A DNA stretch of 63,380 nucleotides, counting the filler, from Saprolegnia diclina VS20 (taxonomy: Eukaryota): the NCBI RefSeq assembly GCF_000281045.1. It is 8 parts of 4 records of this genome, joined end to end, with 100 filler letters (N's around TTAATTAATTAA, not from the genome) between each part and the next. Parts side by side here need not be neighbours in the genome. Positions count along the whole stretch, not along the records: positions 22,889 to 39,818 come from NW_008246198.1; positions 39,919 to 50,538 come from NW_008246199.1; 6 more parts are not named here. One strand, written 5' to 3'. Positions 36,827 through 49,066 of the stretch are shown here, one piece after another. The notes under the pieces are model-generated. The model did no database searches. It had not been told where the DNA came from and saw nothing but the letters and a program-made list of their open reading frames with translations. Position 1 is the stretch's first letter. Every line of letters starts with the position of its first letter. The translations under genes were made by a program, and so were the position numbers.

Positions 36827-37356
36827 TAGAGTCGTTGGGATGAACATGATGATAGGCTATTCTCGTAGATTTCTAGTCGTCGTAGATTCCTAGTGTACAC
36901 TTACACTTATACGTGCGTTCAATATTCGCGGCCTGTCTACGCAAAAGGCAATCGAACCATTTGAAATCTCAGCCCTGGTTCGACTACAACTTGTGTTTGC
37001 ACTTTGGCTTTGCACGGGCGCTAGCCACTCGTTCGTAACGAGTTTGGTGAGTCGGACGACCCCTCGCGTGATGATCAACCGACTTCGATTTGGTTGCCAC
37101 AGTGGCCAGCACCACATCGAGTTCGCAGCGGCGTCAGTCAAGGCAATATGTTAGCAGTTTGCTGCACGTACACTCGCAAAGCGGATTTGCAAACTCTTTT
37201 ATCTGGGACGAGTGAACTCAGCTTCCAATCGGGATCGCCCAGATCCTAAATTTTATCTCTCAAGTGCAATGTAACAGAGCTGGTCCAACGGCGTTTTCTC
37301 GATGGCTCTTGACACTGCAGCAGCCAACTGTGTCGCGACGCAAGACGCCATCGACC

Positions 37357-39818
37357 ATGACGAGCGCCAAGGCGAAAATCCGCCAAGAGCTCTCTGCGTA
37401 CGAAGAAGCCGTGGAGATGCTTCGCCAATCGACAAACTACATTTACCAGAGCGCGCTCGCGTGGCACTTGCAGCCGCAGCTCGCCCTCGACGGCGTCAAC
37501 GGCGCTCTCTCGTGGCCAATGGCGCCCCGCCAAAGCCAGCAGCTTGCAGAACGGTACGCGCACCACTGCATCCTTCCAGCAACGTGCGTTCGCATCATCA
37601 ACAAGGCCGCTTGGACATTGCTTCTCCACACGAGCTTGTTGCCTGCTGTTCAGAAGGCACTTGGTGTCACCCGCATCCAAGTCGGGGCTATCTACTCCCA
37701 TCTTTGCGTCGATGCGCACGGGTCGTCGGCGAGTCTGACACCGCGATCGAACATTGCCAAGGCATTTGGGACGCTCCTCGTCACGCTGCCGGCATCGGAA
37801 GAAGGCGGCGAGATCACGGTTGCTCGTGGCGGGCACTCGGCAACACAGTGCCCATCGCCATTGACGGCCCAAGTCTTGGCCACGTTCTTGGATGCACGAA
37901 TCACGTCGGCGCCTATCTCGTCAGGTCGTCGTACTGTGCTCGTCTACGCGCTGGTGGCTGTCGATGGCGGTAGCGTCGATGTGCCGCCAACCCGCGACGC
38001 CGCCCTCGCTGCCTGGACGGCGATCGCCGAGCGCCCGCCGCTCAGAATGCAGCGCATTGGCATGCGCATCAAGAACTGCAAGCAGTGCTGCCTATCTTTT
38101 TCGGACCTTGTGCCACAGGACGCTACGCTAGTCGACGCGCTCTTGGCGACGGGCCGCTTTGACGTGGCGCTTGTCCAGCTCAAGACACGCGTCTTTTCCT
38201 TTGGCGACGAAAACGTCGGCGAGGAGGGGCATACCATTGGAACAGCCTCGCTGCACCCTGCGTGCTCGATGCCCTGTGACGTCGCCGTCACAGGCCATTC
38301 GATCGACGCCTTTGTCGGCGCCCAATGGCGTGGGGTCATTTGTTGCGCTCTAGTGTTTTGGCCCACGTCGCTTCGCACGAGCTTTGTGGGCCTCGACCGC
38401 GCGCTGCGTCTCGCACACGGCGCGATCACCGAGACAAGTGAAGGCACTGGTCGCCTTGGCCTGAGCGTACGTGACGTTGTTTGCGGTACCGTGGCCACCT
38501 TTGCAAGGACGAGCCCACCGTCTTGTACGATGAGCGTGGCGCACCTTGTCATTCAGAGCCGTGACGTCAACCTCATGGACCGCTTTCTTCGCGACGTGAT
38601 GCCGGTGACCATGACGCTGGTCGGCATGGCCACCAACGTCCATGCGAGCTTGCGCGCGTTCGGCTGGACGGCAATCTTTCCTGCGCTCGAAGCCTTTTTG
38701 AAGCGCTGGCTGACGGCACGGGAAGCGAGCGACGTGAGTCGTCTCATTACGAGTCTGGCGGGCATCTTCACTGGTGGTACCGCGCTGTGCCCGCCGCTGC
38801 GACAGCCGTTTGTGGCCGAGTTTGTCAAAATGTGCTGGCAGCATTTGCTCTCGACGGCTACCCCGCCCATGCAGCACTGGATCCTCGTGGACGCGTACTT
38901 CAGAGACGAGGCGCCGCAGCTCGTGCACAACCATTGGCTCGACACGCGGCTTCCGCCCGTGCTGATTGGCAAGGTCGATGGCTTTCTGTACGGACGCTCC
39001 TTTGCATCGGCGCTTGCACGCAAGCACATGTCCGCGTCCCAGCAACTCCAACACCTGCCCAGTGGACTCGCCCAGGCGATTGCATGCCACCCGACGCTTC
39101 CCCGGCAACGGTACCTTGACGTGCTGGCGACCTCTATCGACCAACTCTTGCGCACACGCGCCGTACGGGAGAACCTACAAGCTATGCCGGCGTCGTCCAG
39201 TGATATTGGCCACATTGTGGGTGCTATGCACTTTCTGGGCTGCGTCAATGCGGCACTGCTGACTGCGTGTCAAGTGATGAGCAGCCCCGAGCGCGTCGTT
39301 GCTGGTCTTTTGCTGTTTCTACAGCTGTCAGTGCCACCCGTGCCACCCTCGGTTCAGTCGACCATTGCGGACTTTGTCAAGTCGGCGACACCGACGTTCA
39401 CATATACCGATCACACGCAGCACTCGGTTGTCCTCAGTAGCATCGTCGACGTGATCGAGGTGCTCACGCTTACCACGCCTCGCGAGGCGCTGCCGTTTGT
39501 GACTTCTTGGCGGGCAGCACTGCCAGCGACATTGGACGCGACCCGCTCGTGCCTCTACCCCGTCATCGAGATGCTCTACCGCCGGTTTCAAAGCAAGGAC
39601 CTCGACCTTGTCGTGCACCTGGCGGGTCCGTGCTTGGCAGCGTTGCTACAAGGCGGCGCGCTAACCCCGGTGCCCGTCTTGAACGATTTTGTCTTGACGG
39701 CCATTGACGTTGACGCGGACCACTGTGACGAGTGTGCCGCGTTTGATGATTTTCTGCTCGATGGACACTGCATTGAGTTTCGGTGCGCGAACGACGGCCC
39801 GTGCGAAGCACTCGACGA
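37357..39818 (+). CDS. Protein with a degenerate 2OG-Fe(II) oxygenase-like N-terminal domain and a long helical C-terminus; truncated by a gap
   Basis: FGTLLVTLPASEEGGEITV and PISSGRRTVLVYAL resemble 2OG-FeII_Oxy_3 motifs; >800-aa open frame; CDEC...F near the end. Confidence 0.7.
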
Positions 39819-40231
39819 NNNNNNNNNNNNNNNNNNNNNNNNNNNNNNNNNNNNNNNNNNNNTTAATTAATTAANNNNNNNNNNNNNNNNNNNNNNNNNN
39901 NNNNNNNNNNNNNNNNNNACGCACGTGGCTATCAAAGGCCTGCAAGTATTTGTTTTGAAATTCGCCAATCCTGTTTTATTCCAACATTGTTTAAAGGTTG
40001 CTATGTCATCCAGAAGAGAGACAAGTCTACCTTGTTTGACAAAAGACGATCCATTCGCGTGCCACGGACACCCACTCGGACACCCCGGTTGTTTCCACAG
40101 CATTGGCCTCTGATCGCGGCCGCACACAACCTTGATTCCGATTGGATTGGAATGCATGTCATGCTACCTACATTCCGAAATCTGACAACCCGCACGAGCT
40201 GTGGTCATTACGAGTTTGCCCTTCCGCTGCC

Positions 40232-41884
40232 ATGGTCAAATCTATTGTTGCGAGCGCAGTCCTTGCGCTTGCTGCTGCTTCGACAGACCCGTTCCACTGG
40301 GGTCCATGCGCGGGAAACCCCGACCTCCGCACCGAGTGCGGCTACCTCACCGTGCCGCTGGACCATCTCAATGAGACCAACGAGGCCACCATCGACATTG
40401 CCGTTCAGCGCTACCGGTCGGCGGCCGCCAAGCCGCTTGGTACGATCCTTCTCAACCCGGGTGGCCCCGGCGCGTCGGGCACGGCCCTTGGCTCGCCAGT
40501 GGCCAACTATGTCTCGGGCGGTGCGTACGACGTTTTGGGCTTTGATCCGCGTGGCGTTGGCAAGTCGCGGCCGATCCGGTGCGCCAAGGACGGCTTTGCA
40601 GCATATGTGGGTCAGTATGAGCTTTTCAGCTCGAGCGGTGTGTTCTATAAAGCGCTGTCCGACGACCAAATCGATCGCTACAGCAGCGTGTACGGCCAAG
40701 CTATGGCGCGCTGCCGCCACTACGACGGCGACTACCTTCAGTACCTCTCGACAGCGTTTGTGGCGCGCGACATGGACCTCATGCGCGCGGCGCTGGGCCA
40801 AGATCGCATGCACTATTATGGTTTTTCCTACGGCACGTACGTCTTTTCCGTCCTCTCTGTAGAAGACAGTTTTGGGCATGATGCTGATTGATTGGTGACT
40901 AGGGTGCTCGGCGCGACGTACGTCAATATGTTTCCGCACCGCGTCGGCCGCGTCGTCATCGACTCGGTCGTCGATGCGACCAAATACTCTAACACGAGCG
41001 CGTCGTTTTGGGCAAATACGATCGCCAACATCGAAGACGTTTTTGATGGGTTTGCTACCGAGTGCGAAGCCGCGGGGCCGCTTGTTTGTCCGCTAGCTGG
41101 CCACGACACGCCGCTCGCGCCGCGTCTACGGTCGTTTATCCAGAACTTTACGCCCACGGTGGTCCGTGGGGGCTACGACGTCGTTCAGTTCACGTCAACA
41201 GATCTGTACACGCTTCTCTTGCTTCCCATGTACCAGCCGGCAATGTGGCCCAAGCTCGCGATCGACTTGCACCAGCTTATGGAGGGCACATACGTGGCGC
41301 CACCAGCAAGCGATGTGTGTCCATTGCAACTTGAGGCCCGTGATCTCGGTTTGAACGGGATTCCGTTCATGGGCAACGACATCGATCCGACGACCAACAC
41401 GGCGCAGAGCTGGGCCGACGGTCTTCGCGCTGCCCAGAAAAGCTCGCCGATCTTTGGCGGGCCATGGCTTGGGACCCTCATGATGACCAAGTACTGGACG
41501 ACGACGCCGATCGAGCGGTTTGCGGGCCCTTGGAACCAAACGCTTGCCAACAAGATTTTGATCCTCAACAACGTCCACGACCCGGTCACGCCGCTCGTTG
41601 CTGCGCAGCACATGCACAGCATCTTTGGCGCCAACAACTCGGTCTTGGTGGTCCGTGACGGCTACGGTCACATTGCGTCGACGTCGCAGCCCAGTGCGTG
41701 CATCCACGACATTGTGACTGCGTACTTCTCCCACGGCATCCTCCCGACAACAACATTTTGCAAGGTCGACCGTGGACCGTTTGCAGCACCGTCCGCGCTC
41801 TCGGCCGTCGCGCTTGCCGCGCAGGAGATGTCGACGATCATCCACAAGGCGGTACCCGGTCGCAAGCTGCAGCGACTCGAATAA
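40232..41884 (+). CDS. Secreted alpha/beta hydrolase, tripeptidyl aminopeptidase (TAP)-like, 1 intron
   Basis: Signal peptide; ECGYLTVPLD, NPGGPG, GFDPRGVG, ARDMD, GFSYG nucleophile, DPVTP, GYGH. Inr+FPR-like TCATTACGAGTTTGC near 40205. Confidence 0.9.
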
Positions 41885-42677
41885 GCTCAAAATCTTGTCG
41901 TGTGCCTCTTCAGCGATGGTTTTGATGCCCTGCAGATATGCCTTGATGGTACAGTCGTACTCGACGGTGCGTGTGGCGACGAAGCTCGTGACGAGTGGGA
42001 CATCCACCAGATAGATACTTGGTCGAGGCTACTCGACGGCGGCGCAAAGCGACTCCCTCGTGCACCAAGGCATATCAAGGTCCACAAGCTCTCGCATGCT
42101 CGTTAGTATTCATCACTCTGTATTCTGCCAAGCTCGGTCACTCTGCAATCATTCCCATCGCGCCCGTGCTTGCTCGCGCTCGATCGTCGCGTGATCTTGC
42201 AACGCACATCACCCAAGCGACCGCGGGGCTTCCTCCATGTACTAGTACACGTCTGCATGTTATGGCGACTGATGAGACACTAGGAAATCCTTATTTCTTA
42301 TTCCCAACGTTAGCGAACTTTTGTCATGGGGTTCCGACACGAGCCGATTTCGCAAGCGCTCGCGCGCAGTTCCTTCCGCCGGTGCCACGCCTTTCCCGAA
42401 CTTCGGCGAAGGCCGTGATGAGTCATCGTCTATTTTATTTGACATGTGGTTAATACGGATACAAATATCAAGATCTCGATCCCCAAAAACATCGAATTAA
42501 AATACCACGACGACGTTGGGCGCTCATCTGCGACACGCGAGTTTGCCGACGCGTTTGATTGGCCAACGCAGGTACCACTCGCATCCGATTGGCTTAGACG
42601 TTGAATGCTGGCGCGGGATTGGCCATTGCCGACAAAATGTTTGCATCAACCTTTGGCGGCCAAGGATCCCCGGAAGT

Positions 42678-42693
42678 TCATTTGCGCATTTGC
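42678..42693 (+). promoter_or_regulatory. Oomycete Inr+FPR core promoter
   Basis: TCATTTGCGCATTTGC 7 nt before ATG 42701. Confidence 0.7.
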
Positions 42694-42700
42694 CGCCGCC

Positions 42701-44012
42701 ATGTCCACTCGTAAGTGCAAGCACATCGACATGGACCTCGCTAAGTGCACGCGTCTGACCTAGCGTCCAGCGCCAACCTCGGTACGTCGACCGTCGCCGA
42801 AGCCCTTGAGGGCCTTAAGAAGGGCCAGTTTGTCGTCGTCATGGACAACGAAGACCGCGAGAACGAAGGCGACCTCATCATGCCCGCGCAGCTCGCGACC
42901 GAAGCGTCATTGGCCTTTATGATCCGGTACTCGAGCGGCGTCATCTGCGCGCCATTGACGAGCGACCGTATCGACGAACTCCAGCTGCCGCTCATGGTGC
43001 CCAACAACACGGAAGTGCGGAAGTGCAAGTTCACGATCACCGTCGACCTCAACGAAGGCACGACGACCGGTATCTCGGCAGCCGACCGCGCCGCCACGAT
43101 CCGCGCGCTCGCCGACCCGAACGTCAAGGCCCGGTCGTTCAACCGCCCCGGCCACATCTTTCCGCTGCTGGCCGTCGACGGCGGTGTCTTGTCCCGCGGT
43201 ACGCCGTCAATTCTCCAGCTCTTGCGCTCACCCGACTGTAGCCGGTCACACAGAAGCGGCGGTGGACCTTGCCCGCCTCGCTGGCTGCACGCCGGCGGCG
43301 TACATTTGCGAGATCAACGACGACAACGGGCGTATGCTCCGCCGGCCGCAGCTCGAGACGTTTGCCACGACGCACGGTCTGCACTTGATTACGATCTCGG
43401 ATTTGATTCGCTACCGCTTCTCGCACGAGACACGTACAACCAGAACCACCTCTCAGATCCTAGTGGTCTCACCACACCACATGTAGTGATCCAGCGTGTC
43501 GGCGCTGCCGAGCCGCTCTCGACGCCCTTTGGCGCGTGCCGCAAGGTGGCGTACACGACGACGTTTGACGCGACGCGGTACACCCACAACGCTAAACGCA
43601 CGCCAATTTCTCATGAGCAGTAGGTTTGATGCGCTTGTCGTTGGCAATATCTCGGCCACGGGCGCGCACGTCTACTTTGTCGATGGCAGCATCGAAGGCA
43701 GTATCGAAGCCCAGTTTGCGCTCCAGTGGTTGACGGCGAACAAGGCCAACGGTGTCTTGGTGTTTGTCCCTGGCTACGAAGGTGCGTCATCCTCTTGTTT
43801 TGCGAGTCGAGAACCTCATGCTGTGCTATGTAGCGTTGGTCGATGTGAGTGGCGAGCTCATGGCCAAGCAGTCGATCTTTGGCATGGGTCTCCAAATCCT
43901 GCAAGAGATGGGCGCGAGCTCCGCCGTGCTCCTCGCCAAGACGGCGCCGGTCTTTGACACCAAGGGCTTTGGCACGGCGATCGAGCGCGTCCAGCTCCTC
44001 AAATGTGCATAG
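42701..44012 (+). CDS. RIB3: 3,4-dihydroxy-2-butanone 4-phosphate synthase with a degenerate GTP cyclohydrolase II-like C-terminal domain, multi-exon
   Basis: [48 protein letters not shown]. First intron 42711-42763. The tail [12 protein letters not shown] resembles the RibA YGIGAQIL.DLG motif. Confidence 0.92.
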
Positions 44013-46227
44013 AGCCATAGTATGTAGATGTAGACGACCAGATAAGTAATGACAACGAGTAATTGCACCTTGACCGTATCCCGTTATCATTCCAATGCAG
44101 AGGTACGATGCGCAAGGGAGTGCAACCGCAGGCGCAGCAGGCTGCTTGAATACGACTTGTGGCATGAGACGGACGACAATTGAAAAGCTTGCTGTACGCC
44201 GCCCACAGAGTCTCCTCGCTGCGAGTGCCAAGGCTCGATCGCTGCGCGCAAACTAGGCACGGAAGGTGCAGTTCGCCCGAGCCAGAGGTAATAGCCCGCC
44301 TCGGTGAGACCGCATCCAGCGTATCAGCGCTGCCACAACGGGTCGTAGCTGCCAAGGTTTTGGACCACGGTGCGTGATGCTGACGGTAAGAGTAAAGCAC
44401 TTCAACTAGGTACGTCCTCGTGCTGAAAGCCACGCGGATCGGCCAGTCGCCAGGGATCGGCGAAGAAAGATCGGTCGAGACAATATTTTGCACCTCTGCG
44501 TGACAAGAGCACTCGAGCAAAGCTAACGTTATGGCATGGACGACAGCTCTATAAACATCTCGGAGCGGCCTTTTACGGAGGTTGACACGAGCTGCGTCAT
44601 CGACCCGACGACATTTTGTTGCTGCCAATGCTTGCGTGGGCGGCGATGGCCGTATACAGGCGCCACATTATGTCAACCAAAACACTGATCAAATGTGACG
44701 CTTGAACTGAGTTATCAACATTGAAATACACAGAGAGATGTCATCCTACTAAACCCGTGAGGCGTGGTCAAGCGAGGCGCGTTACTGGACATAACTCGGG
44801 AGTGTGCGAGGAACACGGTAGCGACACACCAAGCATCGTCGCGAAGCGCGACAAGCGAGGAGGGCACTACGGCGCTCGAACCAAATGTGCCGGTTTCCCT
44901 CGTACTTGCCAGCGTTGTGCCACCTCCGTCATGCGCCAGGCGTCATCGTCTATTTGGCTAAGGGCATGTTCATTTTGGCGCTCGTTCTTCGTTGCTTTTA
45001 CGCAAAGACGATGCGGGTTGGTTGACGCGGTGCCGTCGATCTTGGAGCTCGCGTTCTGGGAAGCCGCGACAGGCGAACCGAGGCGATCGTCCCCTCCACT
45101 GTACGACGAGACGTGGGTGATCGCTGGCGTTGGAAATTCCATCGCGACTTTCGACGACGTATCCACTCCAATTGGTCCTTCCTTTGCTTACTTGCTCTAC
45201 TGTTTGGATTCAGAGATACGCAGTACTCTGTCTTGGCACAAATGGAGCCTGCGACAATCAAGGAAATGGAAGCGATCACTTCTAGCTATCATTTCTTGTC
45301 GGGCGACGGACGCACGCACGCACGCGTACACTGTGAGCCAACGAGTGGCGCCCACGTCGAAGTAGAAGTTGGTCCAGCCAGTCACTGAAATTTGTAAACA
45401 GGCCGTGCGTGCTTGATGGGCAAGTGATTTCAGGTCCCCACGCGATAGATTCGACCGATTCTAATTCGTGGCGGCTCACTGCTACCCGACGCTGCCCATT
45501 TGGGGTAGCCGTGCAGCGCTGCGTGTGCTTGACCACGGCCTTTCTACTGAGATCGCAACGGTGTGCAGCGACGAGGCAAGACCACCCGCTCACCCTAGAC
45601 AGACTCGATGCGATGAATAACCCAATATTGCTAGCTCGCGTGGACATGTACCTGGGAACCGCGACAGCCGCGCCTATCAGATTCTAGATGCGGGGATGCG
45701 CATCTTTGGTGGTGCAAACGCGGCTTCCTCGGGTGAATATCAGAACACTGGAATCGGCCTATCATACCACGCTCTCGAAACGACCGGCCCGACGCTGTCG
45801 AGCATGCTTGGGTGCGTTGGCCGGGGCGTCTGATCGAGTCCTTGACTGCCCTCTCAAGCCGCTTTCAACGTCGTTGGCGTCGTCTCTGCACCGTTTTTAT
45901 ATGTGAGTTTGCATACATGACGTGGCGTGCATACAACGCTACGTGACATCCCCGATTGCGGCTGCGCCACCGATGGCCGTAATAGTCGTGGCCCAAACCC
46001 GCTTGCTATTGTCATATTCTCCACTTTGTTGTAGACTGTAACTTGAGCGCGCTCTCGCGTCGTTGCCATTCGCTTGCGCGCTCTGGATGGACCTCGAGTT
46101 GGTCGGGTCCTCGTCAACCGATCTGGACCTTGTACTCGCCAAGGACTACAAAGCAGGCGCCTGGTGACATCGATCGTTGCAAGGGCAACAAACGCTTTAT
46201 CACGTTTCGTCTAGTCATGTAACCCAC

Positions 46228-46322
46228 AACCATTGCCGCAGCTTTGGACGGTCAAGTCGAGTTGATGGTCAACTGGTCTCCCGAGCTCGTGGAGGCATTT
46301 CGACAGAGCTTGAGCTGGCGTC
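46228..46322 (+). repeat. ~95-bp dispersed repeat, second copy at 50444-50538
   Basis: AACCATTGCCGCAGCTTTGGACGGTCAAGTCGAGTTG...GAGCTGGCGTC nearly identical at both sites. Confidence 0.9.
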
Positions 46323-46717
46323 ACAGAGCAGTGACAACAGCACACCCGACGCGGTGGCACGTCGACGTCGCTTGCCTCTTGGTGAGCTTTAGCGTCTCCT
46401 ACCAAGGCCGCTTGGTACGCGAGCCGCGGCTCCGTGTGAGCCATTAGGGCCCACCGCGCATGTCGGTGGGCCCGTGTTCACGCAGCAGTGGGATCTATAA
46501 TTTCGTGGGACGAGCAAATCGCAAACGGCTACTTGGGTGTTGTCCAGATCATCCTTCGTTTCGGTTAACGGCTATCATACGTTGCATCGGTATCTTGAAT
46601 GGAGGAACCGCTCTACGGTATTACTGCTCTTTTGATAGATAAGCGATGGCTCCGACACGCAGCACTCGACGCTCACTTTTCAATTCACTGCCTCGGCATC
46701 AAGCACCACTCCGCATC

Positions 46718-47938
46718 ATGGACGCCACGACGATGCCTCCGGCCTTCCACAATGAGGACGCGCTCCTCAAGACGCCGCTCGAGTACGACTCGGACACGGA
46801 CGCCTCGTCGACAGACGGTGACGCGCTGTGCCTCCCCGCTGCGGACGCCGCACGCCTCCAGGCGCTGTACGAGACGGTCTCGGAGCGGTCCGAGCACCTC
46901 GTGGGCTTTCCGTCGTGCAAGGACTGGGACTACAGCGCGCTCTACCCGTTTCTCTCATTTCCGATGAACAACGTCGGTGACCCGTACATTGAGTCGATCT
47001 CCAAGGTCTCGACGCGCGACTGCGAGCGGGACGTGCTGTCATTTTTCGCTTCGCTCCTCCGCGCGCCGGTCGACGACGTCTGGGGCTACGTGACCAACGG
47101 CGGCACCGAAGGCAACTTGTACGGCATGTACCTCGCGCGCGAGCTGTACCCGAATGGCATCGTCTACTACTCGCAGTCGACGCACTACTCGGTCGTCAAG
47201 AACCTCCACATTCTGCGCCAAACGAGCTGCGAAGTCCGCGTCCAAGCGAACGGCGAGATGGACTACGACCACTTTGCCGAGCTCGCAGCGGCGCACGCGG
47301 ATGTACCCGCGATCGTGTTTTGCAACATTGGCACGACCATGACCGAAGCCAAGGACGACATGGCCGCGATCACGACGATCCTGGACGACCTTGCGATTTC
47401 GGATCGATATCTCCACGCCGACGCCGCGCTCTGCGGTGTCATGAGCCCGTTTGTCGAGCCGCGCCCGGCGTTTGACTTCGCGGACGGGGCGCAGTCCATC
47501 TCGATCTCGGGCCACAAGTTCCTCGGGTCGCCGATTCCGTGCGGTGTCGTGCTCGCCAAGAAGCACCTCGTGGAGAAGATCAAGCGCGACGTCGCCTACA
47601 TTGGCGCGCCGGACACGACGATTACGGGCTCTCGCAACGCGTTTACGCCGCTTTTGCTCTGGTACCGCGTCCAGAGTCTGGGCATCGACGGCCTCCAGAA
47701 GCGCGTCCAGATTGCGCTCGAAAATGCAGCGTACGCCGAAGCCAAGTTGAAGGCCCTTGGCGTCGCGGCGTGGCGCAACGAGAACGCGATCACGGTCGTC
47801 TTTCCCGAAGTCGCCCACGAACTCCAGATCAAGTGGCAGCTCGCGACCGCCAAGGGCATATCGCATTTGATTTGCATGCCGAACGTGACCAAGACGCAGA
47901 TTGATGCGATCCTAGCCGACTTTGCGTGTTATCTCTAA
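46718..47938 (+). CDS. hdc: PLP-dependent group II decarboxylase of the bacterial histidine decarboxylase / plant serine decarboxylase type, intronless
   Basis: NNVGDP, WGYVTNGGTEGN, HYSV.K, NIGTT, HADAAL, SISGHKFLGSPIPCG (PLP Lys), DTTITGSRN. Inr-like GCTCACTTTTCAATT at 46671. Confidence 0.88.
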   Translation: MDATTMPPAFHNEDALLKTPLEYDSDTDASSTDGDALCLPAADAARLQALYETVSERSEHLVGFPSCKDWDYSALYPFLSFPMNNVGDPYIESISKVSTRDCERDVLSFFASLLRAPVDDVWGYVTNGGTEGNLYGMYLARELYPNGIVYYSQSTHYSVVKNLHILRQTSCEVRVQANGEMDYDHFAELAAAHADVPAIVFCNIGTTMTEAKDDMAAITTILDDLAISDRYLHADAALCGVMSPFVEPRPAFDFADGAQSISISGHKFLGSPIPCGVVLAKKHLVEKIKRDVAYIGAPDTTITGSRNAFTPLLLWYRVQSLGIDGLQKRVQIALENAAYAEAKLKALGVAAWRNENAITVVFPEVAHELQIKWQLATAKGISHLICMPNVTKTQIDAILADFACYL

Positions 47939-49066
47939 GAGGTTGTTTTTCTCTAAATCTATATCTATATACCGAAATTTACTCGACCCATTGTGTCGTC
48001 GATGAAAGTGAACGGAATATCGGTACATTGGTGCTCGTATTCCGGTACACTGGTGCCTGTATTTCGGCAAATCGGAATTTTCGAAAATCACATTTTGGCA
48101 GAGTGGGTGAAGATAATTCAGTTAATTGAATATTCGGTAAAACTATGTGATATTTCGGTAAAATGATGTTCATATACCCTGCTGGCGACGAGTGTCAGCA
48201 CATAGAGAGAGGCGAAGATGACGAGGTGAGCGCGGGATTGAGGAGCGGTGAGGGCGGTTGGTGCATCTGCGGTGATATGAGAGGGACGAAGTACCACCGC
48301 GCCTTGACACGACCACTGCCCAGCGAGCTGGGATAGCTCCCCGGGCAGGCAAGGTCACCTACGATAAGTCCCGTACTCGTCTTAGTCCCGGCGAACGAGG
48401 GATTGTGTTGACGTACCGTGCGGTGAAGAATCCACGACTAGCGCGATCGGTGATTTTATCTACAAGAAGGGAAGTCTTCACTTCGTCGCGAGCCCTCACC
48501 TGTAGGCGAATGACACGAGAGCTTCGTGGGCTGAGAAAGAGATCCTGGAGTTCGTAATGCAGCATCTTACGCCGTTGAGGATACCTTGAATGCAGAAGCT
48601 CGCATTTGCAAGAATAAGTGGGCCGTGGACGCTAGGTTGCAACTCGGCATAGACATCCAATCAATGCCCGTAATAGGACGTTGAGGACGTTGGATTTGCC
48701 AGCACCAAATCTGTTGTCCAATGAAACCCTTTCTAGTATCTTGAACGGCCTCGGATTGGCCAGCGATTTTGGCGCCTCTGACGTGGCACATTCTGGTGCC
48801 GATTTTGGACGCTATTAAAATGGCCCCTGGAAACAGTTCAAACACTAGGGGACGGCCGCAGCAATGGCTGTGGATCATGCATGTGAACTTTGGGTCGTGG
48901 CATGGGAGTATTGGCCGGAGATTTACACTGCGTCCATCTGATTTGCTCCACTTTTAATCGAGGCTTGACGATGTCACCGAATACTGGCTCATAGCGTCTT
49001 TACAGGTTACCGCATGCTGTAGCTCACCATCAAATTTACCACTGTCTTGGAGTCGCTAGGCACATG

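Noticed and set aside
43999..45400. Minus-strand ORFs 43999-44628 and 44867-45166
   Set aside because: No recognisable motifs or host-like codon bias; cannot support a gene call, though a decayed gene is possible.
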